Program-made: the position numbers and the translations under genes | Notes under the pieces: generated by a model | The model's input: the letters and a program-made list of their open reading frames with translations, nothing else | Database searches by the model: none | What the model was told of the DNA's origin: nothing | DNA from: Mustelus asterias | Taxonomy: Eukaryota | Assembly (NCBI RefSeq): GCF_964213995.1 | Contig: NW_027590170.1 | Location: 868,001 to 932,000 of the forward strand | Direction of reading: 5' to 3' | DNA length: 64,000 nucleotides | Part shown: positions 1 through 11,541 of the stretch, in pieces | Position numbering within the stretch: the first letter of the stretch is position 1 | Layout of the letters: the number at the start of each line of letters is the position of its first letter

Positions 1-230
1 ATGGTTAGTGGTTGGGTAGTCCTATTGTCTTTCGACAGCATTTGAGTTACAACACAGCAGATTTACTCAGCAACTCATTTCGAAGGCAATTTTGGGATGA
101 TTGTAAATGAACAAAGACTATGCTGATGATGGAACTTTTCCTCACAAAACAACGCAGAGTTTTTGACAAAGTTTCTGCCTGATTTCGAAGCATCGGACCA
201 ATATGTAACAACTGCCGCGCATTGGCAAGT

Positions 231-304
231 GGGCCAGTAGCACAATGGATCATGCATCTGACTGTAAGTCAGAAGATTCCATGGTTTGATTCCTCGCTGG
301 CTCG
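231..304 (+). pseudogene. tRNA-Arg(ACG)-derived pseudogene; anticodon loop now reads GTA
   Basis: GGGCCAGTAGCACAATGGATCATGCATCTGACTGTAAGTCAGAAGATTCCATGGTTTGATTCCTCGCTGGCTCG aligns with vertebrate tRNA-Arg(ACG). The T-arm/B-box is damaged. Both flanks are homologous to the flanks of the intact copy at 48803. Confidence 0.8.
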
Positions 305-744
305 GCGTAAACTTTTAAACTATGTTCACAAATTCCATGTTACTTTCGATAAGAGAGTTGACTTTATAACTTTAGACCGATTGAGATAAATGCTGACGAA
401 CTTTAGTCAGCTTCTCTGGAGAAGTTAATGTTATCTAATTGTTTTTCAACAGAAGCCGACTATTTTAAGTTAAATTCTACGAAAGATTTGCATTAAGTAA
501 GTTTAAGACATTAAATGAATGTTAATCTCAAATGCATTTTTGAGATAATTCAAATTACCTTAGAGAATTTACACAATTTTGTAAAATTTGCGTCATAACA
601 TTCAGCATTTCTGATTTTGAAGTAACATTTGAGCCGAGGTCAGAGCAAAGATAAGATGGCTGCAACATCTAGATTCGGATAATGTTCAGCAACAAGCTGA
701 AATCACGCAGATTTCCCTCACCCTGCATGAGAAAGCTTAAAGAA

Positions 745-820
745 TGCTCCTGCCCTGTTTCAAACCGGCGATGTCTCACGTGTGAAGCGAACGTGACAAC
801 CACCACTGCACTACAGAAAC
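745..820 (-). pseudogene. tRNA-Val(CAC)-like pseudogene
   Basis: Reverse complement begins GTTTCTGTAGTGCAGTGG; 3-nt insertion in the D-loop and damaged stems. Confidence 0.8.
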
Positions 821-1262
821 AAAAGACAGCAACGCACCGCCAATCGTGCCTGACTACAATATTCAACCCTACTGTGTTGCTGAAGGTTCTAATTGTGAGA
901 TTGAGAGCTCATGTCACTTAATCCAAGGAGACGTCCGTTCCTTTCAACCTGATATCTCAAGTTGCCTTGAACTTCCAAATTTAGAAGCTTTCGTCTGGCA
1001 AATATCTAAGGCAGCAACGGTTTCTGCTCATTCATTAATGCATCATTCTCATCTTTCTTCGAATAATCTCAATAAATTGTATTTAGTATTTGTTTCGTTA
1101 TTCAATATTTAATATCAATACATTATTTAACACGTCCTCATTATGAACTGAATATCGCTGAAATTGAATATTGCTGAATTGCAAACATAACTGACCAACA
1201 AAAGAATCGAGTCACCGAGTACTGCAGGTCCCATTTGTGCGTATTTGAGATAGCCAGATTTC

Positions 1263-1465
1263 CATAAGATCATAAGACATAGGAGCAGAATTAGACCACT
1301 CGGCCCATCGAGTCTGTTCCGCCATTCAATCATGGCTGATATTTTCCTCATCCCATTCCCCTGCCTTTTCCCCATAACCCCTCATCCCCTTGTTAATCAA
1401 GAACGTATCTATCTTTGTCTTAAAGACACCCATTGACCGGCCTCCGCAGCCTTCTGCGGCAAAGG
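1263..1465 (-). mobile_element. CR1 LINE 3' end fragment inserted in a tRNA-Val unit
   Basis: cataagatcataagacataggagcagaattag... is the reverse complement of a CR1 3' tail like that at 47.8 kb; absent from sister units. Confidence 0.8.
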
Positions 1466-2047
1466 GTTTGAAACAAAGTCAACTATTTTGAAATGGAAAT
1501 GATTGAAGATTTATCTATTAGTTCTAATTAATCCCTTTTTATTATGAATGTCAAACATTCAGGCGCCTAAATTCCGTCCACGGAATCGAACGTTCAGTAG
1601 ATCCGCACTGAGTCTCGATTTCCTTATCTGTCTGAGTCGTTTTTCGTATTTCTTTATTAGGAATATCGATTTTTAAAAAGTGGCTTCTGGAAAATGTGCG
1701 TAATTTCCCTTAGTTCGGTTACAGTATCATTTGTATCTGTCTTTTTGAGCAGACATTACTATTAGACATGTTTCAGATGGTTATTAACTATGTTAGTCTG
1801 CACCTATAAACACATTAAATTCTGTTGTAGGCTGAATGAGATGCTAACATATGCACAGTGTCGAAACATGAATGTTTCTATGCTGCGACTGTGTCATAAA
1901 AATGAGCATTTCTGATTTTGGTGAAAGCATTTGATACCGAGGTCACAGCAAAGATAATATGGCTGTTACATTCAGCTTTCGATAATGTTCGGCAACAAAC
2001 TGAAATCATGCAGACTTCCCTCAATAGACAAGGGAAACACTAATGAA

Positions 2048-2120
2048 TGTTTCTGCACGGTTTTGAACTAAGGACTTTCCACGTGATAAGTGAACGCGAT
2101 AGCCACTGCGCTGCGGAACA
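2048..2120 (-). pseudogene. tRNA-Val-like pseudogene
   Basis: Degenerate reverse-complement match to tRNA-Val at the homologous unit position. Confidence 0.72.
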
Positions 2121-2390
2121 AGTGACAGCATAATGCGGCCAATTGACCTGGCTACAATGTTCAACTCCATTGTGTTGCTGCACGTTCTCACAGTTAGATT
2201 GAGAGCCCATGTCGCTTAATACGAGAATACATCCGTTACTTTCAAACTGATATCTGAACTTATCTTGCACATCGAAATTAAAAAGCGTTCGCCCGCCAAA
2301 TGTCTCAGGGCGCAATGATTTCTCCTCCATTCTGCCTCATTCTTATATTCCTGCGAACATTTTCAGCCAATTATACGCAGTATTTGTTTC

Positions 2391-2578
2391 ATGGAATCAT
2401 GGAATCCCGACAGTGCCGGAAAGGCCATTCAGCCCAACGAATCTGCAGCGACTCCGGAGTATTGTAACTACACCCCTTTCCCGCGGCCTGTTCCCGTAAC
2501 ACTACTCCTTTCCCATGGCTAATCTATCGAACCCAATGGGCAATTTAGCATGCCCAATCCACTTAAATAGCGCATCTT
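2391..2578 (-). mobile_element. HE1-type V-SINE 3' fragment
   Basis: gggcaatttagcatgcccaatccac... matches the reverse complement of the SINE body at 23.4 kb; has a CR1-like tail. Confidence 0.7.
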
Positions 2579-3621
2579 CATTCAATATTTAATATTAATC
2601 CATTTATTTTATGTATATGTCCTAATTCTGAATTTAATATCTCTGGAATGTACAATCGGACTGTCGGCATTGTTCAACTCCGCTCCGTTGCTGCAGATTC
2701 TAATGGTGAGACTGAGAGTCCATGTATCTCAATACAACAAGACAACCGTTACTTTCAACCTGATATCTCAACTTATCCTGAATTTCAACATTTAAAAGCG
2801 TTCATCTGGCAAATGTCTAAGGGAGCAATGATTTCTGCTCAATCATGAATGCGTCATTCTCATCTTCCGTCAATTAATTTCAACCAGTTATATCCAGTAT
2901 TTGTTCGTTATTCAACATTTAATATCAATACTTTTATTTAACACAGATGTCCTCATTCTGAATTGAATATCTCTGAAATATACAATATTGATTTGAAAAC
3001 ATGACTGACCAACAGAAGAAATCGAGTCACTCGGTAACACATATGCCATGGTGCTTATATGAGATTGAGCACAATCAGCTTTTAAACAAAATCAAGTATT
3101 TTTAAAGGGATTTAAGAATGATCTGTTAGTTATACCTGATCCTTCTTTATTCAGTATGTGAAACATTCTGGCGCCTAAATCTCGATTTCCTCATCTGTCT
3201 GAGTGTTTCTTTCTGTTTCTTTATTATGAAGAACAATTTAAAAAATATGCTCCTGGGCAATGTGCGCCATTTCCTCTCGTTCAGTTACAGTTTTACTTGT
3301 GCCACTCTTCATGAACACGCAATAATTAGACATGTTTCAGATGGTGATTAACTATGTTCGTCTGCATCCATAAACCCAATAAATTCTGTTGTAGACTGAA
3401 CGAGATGCGGATATGTGTACAAAGAATACAAATATTTATTTCATTCCATTGCGTCCTAAAATACAGCATTTCTGATTTTCCGAAAAGCATTTGATTTGAT
3501 GTAAGATCTGATTTTCCGAAAAGCATTTGAGTTGATGCATGATCGAAATTCGCTTAATGTTAAGCAATGAAACTTAATCAGGCAGACTTCGCTCAAGCTT
3601 AACGGAAAAAAAACCCAACAG

Positions 3622-3696
3622 CGCTTCTTGCCCGGTTTGCGAACCGGAGACTTTCGGCATATGAGGCAAACGTGACAACCACTACACTACATAAAC
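3622..3696 (-). pseudogene. tRNA-Val-like pseudogene
   Basis: Reverse complement GTTTATGTAGTGTAGTGGTTGTCACGTTTGCCTCATATG...; A-box intact, anticodon arm and T-loop altered. Confidence 0.78.
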
Positions 3697-4119
3697 ACCT
3701 GACCGCACGCTATAGCAAATCGGCCCATCTGTAATGTTCAACTGCGCAGTGCTGCTGCAGGTTCGAATGGTTAGACTGAGAGCTCATGACACTTGATTCA
3801 AGAAGAAAACCATTACTTTCAACCTGATTTCTCAACTTATCTTGTACTACAAAATTCAAGAGCGTTCGCCTGGCAAATATCTAAGGGAGCAATGATTTCT
3901 GCTCATTCATTAATGCATCATTCTCATCTTCCTTCGAATAATCTCAACCAGTTGTACTCATCATTTGTTTCGTTATTCAATATTTAATATCAAAACATTA
4001 TTTAACACATATATCCTCTTTATGAATTGAATATCTCTGAAATTGAATATCACTGAATTGCAAACATAACTGGCCAACAAAAGGAATCGAGTCTCCGGGT
4101 AATACAGATCCCATGTCCC

Positions 4120-4940
4120 ATACCAGGATGTTGCCTGGTATGGAGGGGCTTGGTTATGAGGAGAGATTGGGGAAACTGGGGTTGTTCTCCTTGGAAAGAC
4201 GGAGGATGAGGGGAGACTTAATAGAGGTGTATAAAATTATGAAAGGCATAGATAGGGTGAACGGTGGGAAGCTTTTCCCCGGGTCGGTGGTGACGTTCAC
4301 GAGGGGTCATAGGTTCAAGGTGAAGGGGGGGAGGTTTAACACAGATATCAGAAGGACATATTTCACACAGAGGGTCGTGGGGGCCTGGAATGTGTTGCCG
4401 GGCAAGGTGGTGGAGGCGGACACACTGGGAACGTTTAAGACTTATCTAGACAGCTATATGAACGGAATGGGAATGGAGGGATACAAAAGAGTGGTCTAGT
4501 TTGGACCAGGGAGCGGCGCGGGCTAATTGTTCCTTGTTTCTCGTGGAAGTGGAAATGACTAGGGTTGGGAAGCATTTTCCGATCAGGGCCATTGTGATCT
4601 CCTGGACTCGTTTCGATCGCCTCAGGGGGTCGGAGAGGAATTTCCCAGATTTTTTTTTCCCCATATTGGCCCTGGGGTTTTTCACTCTGGGTTTTCGCCT
4701 CTCCCTGGAGATCACATGGTCTGGAATGGGGGGGTGGGGGTGAGTTAATAGGTTGTAATGAACAAAGCATCGTAGCTGTGGGGGACAGCTCGGTGGATAG
4801 GATATTGGTATGTAGATAGGCTGGAAAATTGGGCGGGGATCCTGGATTCAGGATTCAATCCTGGACCGGGGAGCGGCGCGGGCTTGGAGGGCCAAAGGGC
4901 CTGTTCCTGTGCTGTATTGTTCTTTGTTCTTTGTTCTTTG
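4120..4940 (+). mobile_element. 5'-truncated CR1 LINE with extended, duplicated 3' UTR
   Basis: ORF 4113-4499 (TRMLPG...YEERL...LFSLERRRMRGDLIEVYK...TRGH...FTQRVV) is the CR1 ORF2 C-terminus; ends in a (ttgttct)n tail. Confidence 0.92.
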
Positions 4941-5543
4941 ATGCTTATTTGAGATTGACCATAGCCAGCTTTTAAACAAAGTCAACTATTTTTAAATGGA
5001 AGAGATTGAATTGTAATCTGCTAGTTATATTGAGCCTTTTTGGCTATGGGTGTGAAATATTCAGGCGCATAAATTTCGGCCATCTGTAGGAAATCCCATT
5101 TGATCGGCACTGAGTCTCGATTTCCTCATCTACCTGAGTGTTTTTTTCCTGTGTTTTTGTTATGAAGAACGAATTTAAAAACCATTCTTCTGGAAAATGT
5201 GCGCCATTTCCCTCAGTTTACTGCCAGTATCATTTGTGTCTGTCTTTTTGAGCACACACTATTTGACATGTTTCAGGTGTGATTAACTATGTTAGTCTGC
5301 ACCTATAAACACATTAAATTTTGTTGGATACTGAACGAGATGCTAAGTGTGCACGTCGTCAAAATAGAGACGTTTCTTTCCTGACAATGCATGAGAAATC
5401 AGCGTTTCTTATTTAACAGGAAGAATTTGAGGCATGGAGCAGAGCAAAGATAATACAGCTGTAACATAGAGATTAGGGTAATGTTCAGCAGCAAGCTGAA
5501 ATCATGCAGATTTCCTTCACTCTCTTTGAGAAAGCTTAATGAA

Positions 5544-5616
5544 TACTTCTGCCTGGTTTCGAACCGTGCACTTGTCGTATGTGAGGCGAAGGTGACAACC
5601 ACTACACTACACAAAC
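5544..5616 (-). pseudogene. tRNA-Val(CAC)-like pseudogene
   Basis: Reverse complement GTTTGTGTAGTGTAGTGGTTGTCACCTTCGCCTCACATACG...GGTTCGAAACC; A/B boxes retained, acceptor stem mismatched. Confidence 0.8.
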
Positions 5617-6447
5617 AAGTGACAGCTCAGCGCCGCCAATTGGCCTGACTACAATGCTCAATTCTACTGCGTTGTTGCAGGTTCGGATGGTTAGATTGAG
5701 GACCCATGTCACTTAATGTAAGAACACATCTGTTACTTTCAACCTGATATCTCAACTTTTCTAGAATCTCAAAATTGAAAAAGGTTCATCCGGCAAATAT
5801 CTAAGCGAGCAATGATTTCTTTGTCATTAATGTATCATTCTCATCTTCCGTCGAATAATTGCAACCAGTTATACCCAGTATTTCTCGTTTTACAACATTT
5901 ATTATCAATACATTTATTTAACACATATGTCATTCTGAATTGCATATCTCTGAAATATACAACGTTGTATGCAACATGACTAAATCTCATTCATCTGTAG
6001 GAAGTCCAGCAGGTTCCTACTGATTCTTGATTTCGTCATCTGTCTGAGTGGCTTTTCCTATTTTTTTTATCAAGAAGAACAATTTTAAAAAGGATGCTTC
6101 TGGGAAATATATGCCATTTCCTCTAGTTCAGTTACAGTTTAAATTGTGTCTGTCTTATGGCAGACTACTATTCGAAATGTTTCTCATGGTGATCAACTTT
6201 GTTAGTCTGTACCTGTAAACTCATTCAATTCTGCTGTGGACTGAACGAGTTGCGAATATGTGCACAAACAATGCAAACATTTATTTGCTGCCATTGCTTC
6301 CTAAAATACAGAATTTCTGATTTTCCTAAAGACATTTGAGGCCGAGGTCAAAGCCAATATAATATGGATGTAACATCGAGATTCGCATGATGTTGGGCAA
6401 TGAAATTAAGCACACATCGCTCACGCGTAATGAGAAATATCCAACAG

Positions 6448-6520
6448 TGTTCCTGCCCGGTTTCGGGAGGAGGGCCGCTTGCGTGTGAGGGAAACGTGAT
6501 AACCACTGCACTACAGAAAC
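6448..6520 (-). pseudogene. tRNA-Val(CAC)-like pseudogene
   Basis: Reverse complement GTTTCTGTAGTGCAGTGGTTATCACGTTTCCCTCACACGC...; T-arm broken. Confidence 0.8.
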
Positions 6521-7159
6521 AGCTAAGAGCGCATTGCATCCAATCGGCCTGTCTGCAATGATCAACAGCGCTGTGTTGCTGCAGGTTCCAATAACACTAA
6601 ATTGCAAACATAACAGATCAACAAAATGAATGGAGTCACCGGGTAATACAGATCCCGTGGTGCTTATTTGAGATTGACTACAGTAAGCTTTTAAACAATA
6701 TCAACTATTTTTAAACGGAAAAGATTGAATAATTATTTGTTAGCCATACTTAATTCTTTTTTATTATGAGTGTGACACATTCAGGCTCCTCAATTCCGTC
6801 CATCTACAGGAAAATCCAGTAGATCCGCAATGTCTCGATTTCCTCATCTGCCTCAGTGTTTGTTTTCTACTTCTTTATTATGAAGAACGATTTTTGAAAA
6901 TATGTTTCTGGGAAATGCGTGCCATTCTCTCTTGGCTCAGTTACAGAATTACTTGTGTGTCTTTTTGAGCACAAACTACTATTAGACATTGTTCAGACGG
7001 TGATTAAATCATTTAGTCTGCATCTATAAACCCATTAAATTCTGTTGTAGACTGAACGAGATGTTAATATGTGCACGTCATCTTTCTTTTCATTGCGTCA
7101 TAAAAGTCAGCATTTCTGATTTTGAAGAAAGAATTTGAGGTTGAGGTCAGAGCAAAGAT

Positions 7160-8112
7160 CTCTTTGTGATTTTTATAAATGAACTGGATGAGGAAGTGGA
7201 AGGATGGCTTGGCAAGTTTGCTGATGACACAAAGGTTGGTGGTGTTGTGGATAGTGTAGAGGGATGTCAACAGTTGCAACGAGACATAGATAAAATGCAA
7301 GACTGGGCGGAGAAGTGGCAGATGGACTTCAACCCAGATAAGTGTCTGGTGGTTCATTTTGTCAGGTCGAATAGGATGAAAGAATATAATATTAAGGGTA
7401 AGACGCTTGGCAGTGTGGAAGATCAGAAGGATCTTGGGGTCCGGCTTCATAGGGCGCTCAAAGCAGCGTCGCAGGGCGAGGCTGTGGTTCAGAAGGCGTG
7501 TGGAATACTGGCCTTCATCAATAGAGGAATTGAGTTTAGAAATCGGGAGATAATGCTGCAGCTGTATAGGACCCTGGTCAGACCCCACCTGGAGTACTGT
7601 GCCCAGTTCTGGTCGCCTCATTACAGAAAGGATGTGGACGCCATAAGAAAGGGTGCAGAGGAGATTTACAAGGATGTTGCCTGGATTCGATGGCATGCCT
7701 TCTGAGGATAGGTTGAGAGAGCGAGGTCTTTTCTCCTTGGAGAAGCGAAGGGTGGGAGGTGACCTGATAGAGGTGTATAAGATGTTGAGAGGTATTGATA
7801 GAGTGGATTTTCAGAGGCTTTTACCCAGGGCTGAAATGGTTGCCACAAGAGGTCACAGGTTTAGGGTGCTGGGGAGTAGGTGCAGAGGAGATGTTAGGGG
7901 TAAGTTTTTGACTCAGAGGATGGTGGGTGCGCGGAATTGGCTGCCGGTAGTGATGGTGGAGGTGGATTCGATAGGGTCTTTTAAGAGACTTTTGGATAAG
8001 TTCATGGAAGTTAGTAAGATAGAGGGTTATAAGTAAGCTGAGTAGGTAGGGACATGTTCAGCCCAACTTGTGGGCCGCAGGGCCTGTTTGTGCTGTTGCT
8101 TTTCTATGTTCT
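7160..8112 (+). mobile_element. 5'-truncated CR1 LINE in a tRNA-Val unit
   Basis: ORFs 7166-7705 and 7653-8036 (KFADDTK, WQMDFN, RPHLEYC) separated by a frameshift; TSD AAAGAT at 7154-7159 and 8113-8118. Confidence 0.93.
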
Positions 8113-8184
8113 AAAGATGATATTCTGATAATGTTCAGCAACGAAGTGAAATTATACAGTCGTCCCTCACCCTACATCCAAACT

Positions 8185-8610
8185 CAGTTCATAACTTAGA
8201 TGTTCCATCCCAGGTAGCAATCTGCTGACTCTCCTCTGCAACCCCATCCAGTGCAATCGCATCCGTCCAATTATGTGGCATCCAGAACTGCACACAGCCC
8301 TCTAGCTGTGGCCTCACGATAGTTCCATACAACTCCAACATGACCTCCCTCCTTTTGTAATTAATGCCTCGATTGATGAAGTCAAGTTTCCCAAATGATT
8401 TTTCCTACTAATATTTCCGTCCGTCTTCAGAGACCTGCGGGCAAACACGCCAAAGTTCCTTTGTTGAACAAAACTTCCAAGTGTCATGCCAATCATTGAA
8501 AGTCTCTTTGTCAAATTGATCCTGGCAAAGTGCATCGTCTCACAGTTTTCAGACTTAAATTCCATCTGCCATCTATCTGCCCAATTGAATCCCTGCCATA
8601 TATTCTTGTA
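8185..8610 (-). mobile_element. Degenerate CR1 fragment
   Basis: ORF 8314-8616 contains WADRWQMEF...CETMHF. Confidence 0.8.
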
Positions 8611-9089
8611 GACCAATACACTTTACCTGACCGAAGCCTGGAAGAACGTATTCTCACTCATCCAGGACATGTTGGGGCTTCTTTCAGACCAAAATATTCC
8701 ATGTGGATTAATGACGTGGAAACTGTTCCTCCAACCTACAATTGCATTTATTTTTTGTTCGCATCATGACTTCTTGCAACCTGCGTCTTACCCTTATAAA
8801 GTGGAAGCCTTACTACAAAACCTCCTTTCACAGTGCAGTGATGAAGAGTGCACATTTCTGTCTAAGACAACTTCCTCAGTCAATCCAGTGGTAACTTCAG
8901 CATACAAATTATTTGATAAACAACACTTCATAAGCACCTTTGATTATCGTTTTTCAGCAATCAGGTCCAGAAATAATTCAAAAAGAAAAACAGCTATCTA
9001 CCATTCCAACCGTTTCATTTCTGATGAAATCATGAAATTCGCCTTGGAGTTAAAGCGTTGAGTTTTTTTTTGCTGACTGCTTGTTTCAA

Positions 9090-10150
9090 GTCATAGAGTC
9101 ATAAAGTCATAGAGGTTTACAGCATGGAAACAGGCCCTTCGGCCCAACTTGTCCATGCCGCCCTTATTTTTTTTTAAACCCCTAAGCTAATCCCAGTTGC
9201 CCGCATTTGGCCCATATCCCTCTATACACATCGTACCCATGTAACTATCTAAATGCTTTTTAAAAGACAAAATTTTACCCGCCTCTACTACTACCTCTGG
9301 CAGCTTGTTCCAGACACTCACCACCCTCTGTGTGAAAAAGTTGCCCCTCTGGACACTTTTGTATCTCGCCCCTCTCACCTTAAACCTATGCCATCTAGTT
9401 TTAGAATCCCCTACCTTTGGGAAAATATATTGACTATCGACCTTGTCTATGCCCCTCATTATTTTATAGGCCTCTATAAGGTCACCCCTCAGCCTCCTAC
9501 GCTCCAGAGAAAAAAGTCCCAGTCTATTCAGCCTCTCCTTATAACTCAATCCATCAAGTCCCGGTAGCATCCTAATAAATCTTTTCTGCACTCTTTCTAG
9601 TTTAATAATATCCTTCCTATAATAGGGTGACCAGAATTGCACACCATATTCCAAGTGTGGCCTTACCAATGTCTTGTACAACTTTAACAAGACGTCTCAA
9701 CTCCTGAATTCAATGTTCTGACCGATGAAACCAAGCATGCCGAATGCCTTCTTCACCACTCTGTCCACCTGTGACTCCACTTTCAAGGAGCTATGAACAT
9801 GTACCTCAAGATCGCTTTGTTTTGTGACTCTCCCCAACGCCCTACAAGTCACAAACAGGGATGTTCTTGGTTGTTTCTGTCCCATGATATATCACTCCTG
9901 AAGCGGACTAAGAAGATTGCAGGTATCGCAGGCACCCAAAACAAGTTTATTTTTAAATGTCTATTCGCAAGATACTAATCCTTCCCGCACAGAGTCATCT
10001 ATGTAATTTATATAAATGCTGAATAATAGGGGACCCAGCACTAATCCCTGTGGTACACCTCGGGACACGGGCTTCCAGCCAAAATGGCAGCCTTCTGTCA
10101 TCACCCTCTTTCTCCTATCACCCCTGTTAGTTTCCTGGACCCTATGAGCG
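9090..10150 (-). mobile_element. CR1 LINE fragments (3' part 9090-9845 plus RT piece ~9975-10150)
   Basis: ORF 9187-9690 (LYKTLVRPHLEY...RGDLIEAYK) and ORF 9961-10164 (GVPQGLVLGPLLF); tail repeat at ~9090. Confidence 0.9.
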
Positions 10151-10281
10151 CGGTATAATACCATATATTCAATTGGACTCAGCTTTTGGTCAGAATCAGT
10201 TAAGTTACAAGGAGCATATTTTGCAGGGTAGTGACGAAACCAATCTCAAAAATAGACCGTTCCTATATCTATTTTGATTCA

Positions 10282-10586
10282 TGATGTGGAGTTGCCGGCG
10301 TTGAAATGGGGTAGGCATAGTAAGTAGTCTCACAACACCAGGCTAAAGTCAAACAGGTTTATTTGGTAGCACGAGCTTTCGGAGCACTGCCCCTTCATCA
10401 GGTGAATGCAGGATTTGCTTCACAGGCAGAGCATATGTAGACGCAAACTCAATTACACGATAATGGTTGGAATGCGAGTCTTAACAGGTAATCAATTCTT
10501 TACAGATGCAAAAAATGTGAGTGGAGAGAGGGCTAAGCACAGCTTAAAGAGGTGTGAATTGTAGCCAGCCAGGACAGTGAGTGAGA
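10282..10586 (-). mobile_element. Penelope-like element terminal (pLTR) fragment containing a hammerhead motif
   Basis: Homologous to the termini of the GIY-YIG element at 29285-31656; 15-bp TSD ATCTATTTTGATTCA at 10267-10281 and 10587-10601. Confidence 0.85.
10370..10404 (-). ncRNA. Minimal type I hammerhead ribozyme motif
   Basis: Reverse complement CAC-CUGAUGA-A-GGGGC-AGU-GCUCC-GAA-AGCU-C-GUG: intact catalytic core, stem II, palindromic AGCU stem III, and stem I CAC/GUG. Confidence 0.7.
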
Positions 10587-11044
10587 ATCTATTTTGATTC
10601 AAAACGTCTCCCTCATTCTGGAATATATTCGTTCTCAATTAGTTCTTGATTTAATGGTGATCATCGACAAAACTGTCTTTCAGTCTCAATCTCAAACACC
10701 TCAATGAATTTCCCCTATCGGAACAACAGATCAGTCCAGTTCTGGGCGTTTCCATTCACTGGCATGCAATTTACTACAGGGAAGACTTGCACCACAGTAG
10801 TTCTAAGACCCAGGATTAGATAGATTCAGGTATGATTCTGGTCTGTGTCCGTCTGTCCAATTCGATTCTACAGTTTATTCCATTTTCTATGTCGCTCCAG
10901 GAAACAGTTGTGAGTCAGTTTGTTTCGAGGTTAATGTGGCTTAATTGCATTGTGTGTTTGAGCGGCTGAGAACGGTGCTGCTCATTGTGGCTGCATTTGT
11001 CCCAGATTCCACACAACCCCCAACAGACAGGAGCTCCCACACGC

Positions 11045-11083
11045 AGTTTTTGTACAGGGGCGAGACTGCTTTGTAGCATTGTG
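11045..11083 (-). promoter_or_regulatory. Recombination signal sequence, 23-bp spacer
   Basis: Reverse complement CACAATG + 23 nt + ACAAAAACT, immediately after YYCALS. Confidence 0.95.
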
Positions 11084-11541
11084 AGGCTGAGAGCGCAGTA
11101 ATATGTGGCAGTGTCTGTCAGCTGCAAACTTGAGATAGTCAAACTGGTGAATTTAGTCGAGATCTGGAGCTCCACGGAAAAACGTGTTTCAGCAAAATCT
11201 GCGTTCTCTTCATAATTATTCGTGTCCTTCAGCAGTACAAACTCGGGCTGTGTCTCTGGATACTGTCGGTACCAAGATAACGTATAGCCGTTCATTGCAG
11301 TCACATAGCTACAGTTTAAAGTCACCACTTCTCCTTCTGTCTTTGCATCTGATGAGAGCGACTGAGTGACAGTGTCTGCATGAGCCCCATCTGAAAGAAG
11401 AACAGAAAAGTTACGATCGGCAGCTGATCAAATTCTGATTTATCACATGGCTGGGAAACTAGAGAAAGGACGAAATGTCTTTCCTCCATCGTTACCTGTC
11501 AGGAATGCCCCCCACACAACCCAGATGCTGAGTAGTCGCAT
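11084..11541 (-). CDS. T-cell receptor alpha/delta V gene segment, apparently functional (leader 11496-11541, intron 11391-11495, V exon 11084-11390)
   Basis: Leader MRLLSIWVVWGAFLT with phase-1 GT..AG intron. V exon DGAHADTVTQ...VTLNCSY...WYRQYP...RFSVEL...LTISSLQLTDTATYYCAL is open, has the Cys23/Trp41/Cys104 pattern and is followed by a 23-RSS. Confidence 0.92.

Larger units (their letters stand above)
590..8175 (-). repeat. Left tandem array of ~1.1 kb tRNA-Val-containing units (5 tRNA copies plus a partial unit), interrupted by retroelements
   Basis: Recurring blocks (gcaatgatttctgctcattcattaatgcatcattctcatcttc; gtctgcacctataaacacattaaattctgttgtag; gaggtcagagcaaagataa) at 0.9-1.9 kb spacing, each with a minus-strand tRNA-Val. 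Confidence 0.92.

Noticed and set aside
4590-4720. Superficial likeness to dicistrovirus IGR IRES (UGUGAUCU, GAGAGG/CCUCUC) or to known small ribozymes
   Set aside because: The other diagnostic loops and catalytic cores are not present; left as an unassigned structure.
669-6607. Recurring short ORFs (e.g. FQPDIS..., CSAVVVTFASH...) that look like a gene family, also at 56-64 kb
   Set aside because: They come from the non-coding tRNA-Val repeat unit; frames and stops are not conserved between units.
7064-7696. Long antisense ORFs over CR1 copies (also at 24579, 25089, 37359 and 46694)
   Set aside because: Shadow ORFs of CR1 reverse transcriptase sequence.
8829-8870. Perfect heptamer CACAGTG and a nearby nonamer-like ACAAAACC
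   Set aside because: No nonamer at 12 or 23 nt spacing in the right order, and no V/D/J coding flank.
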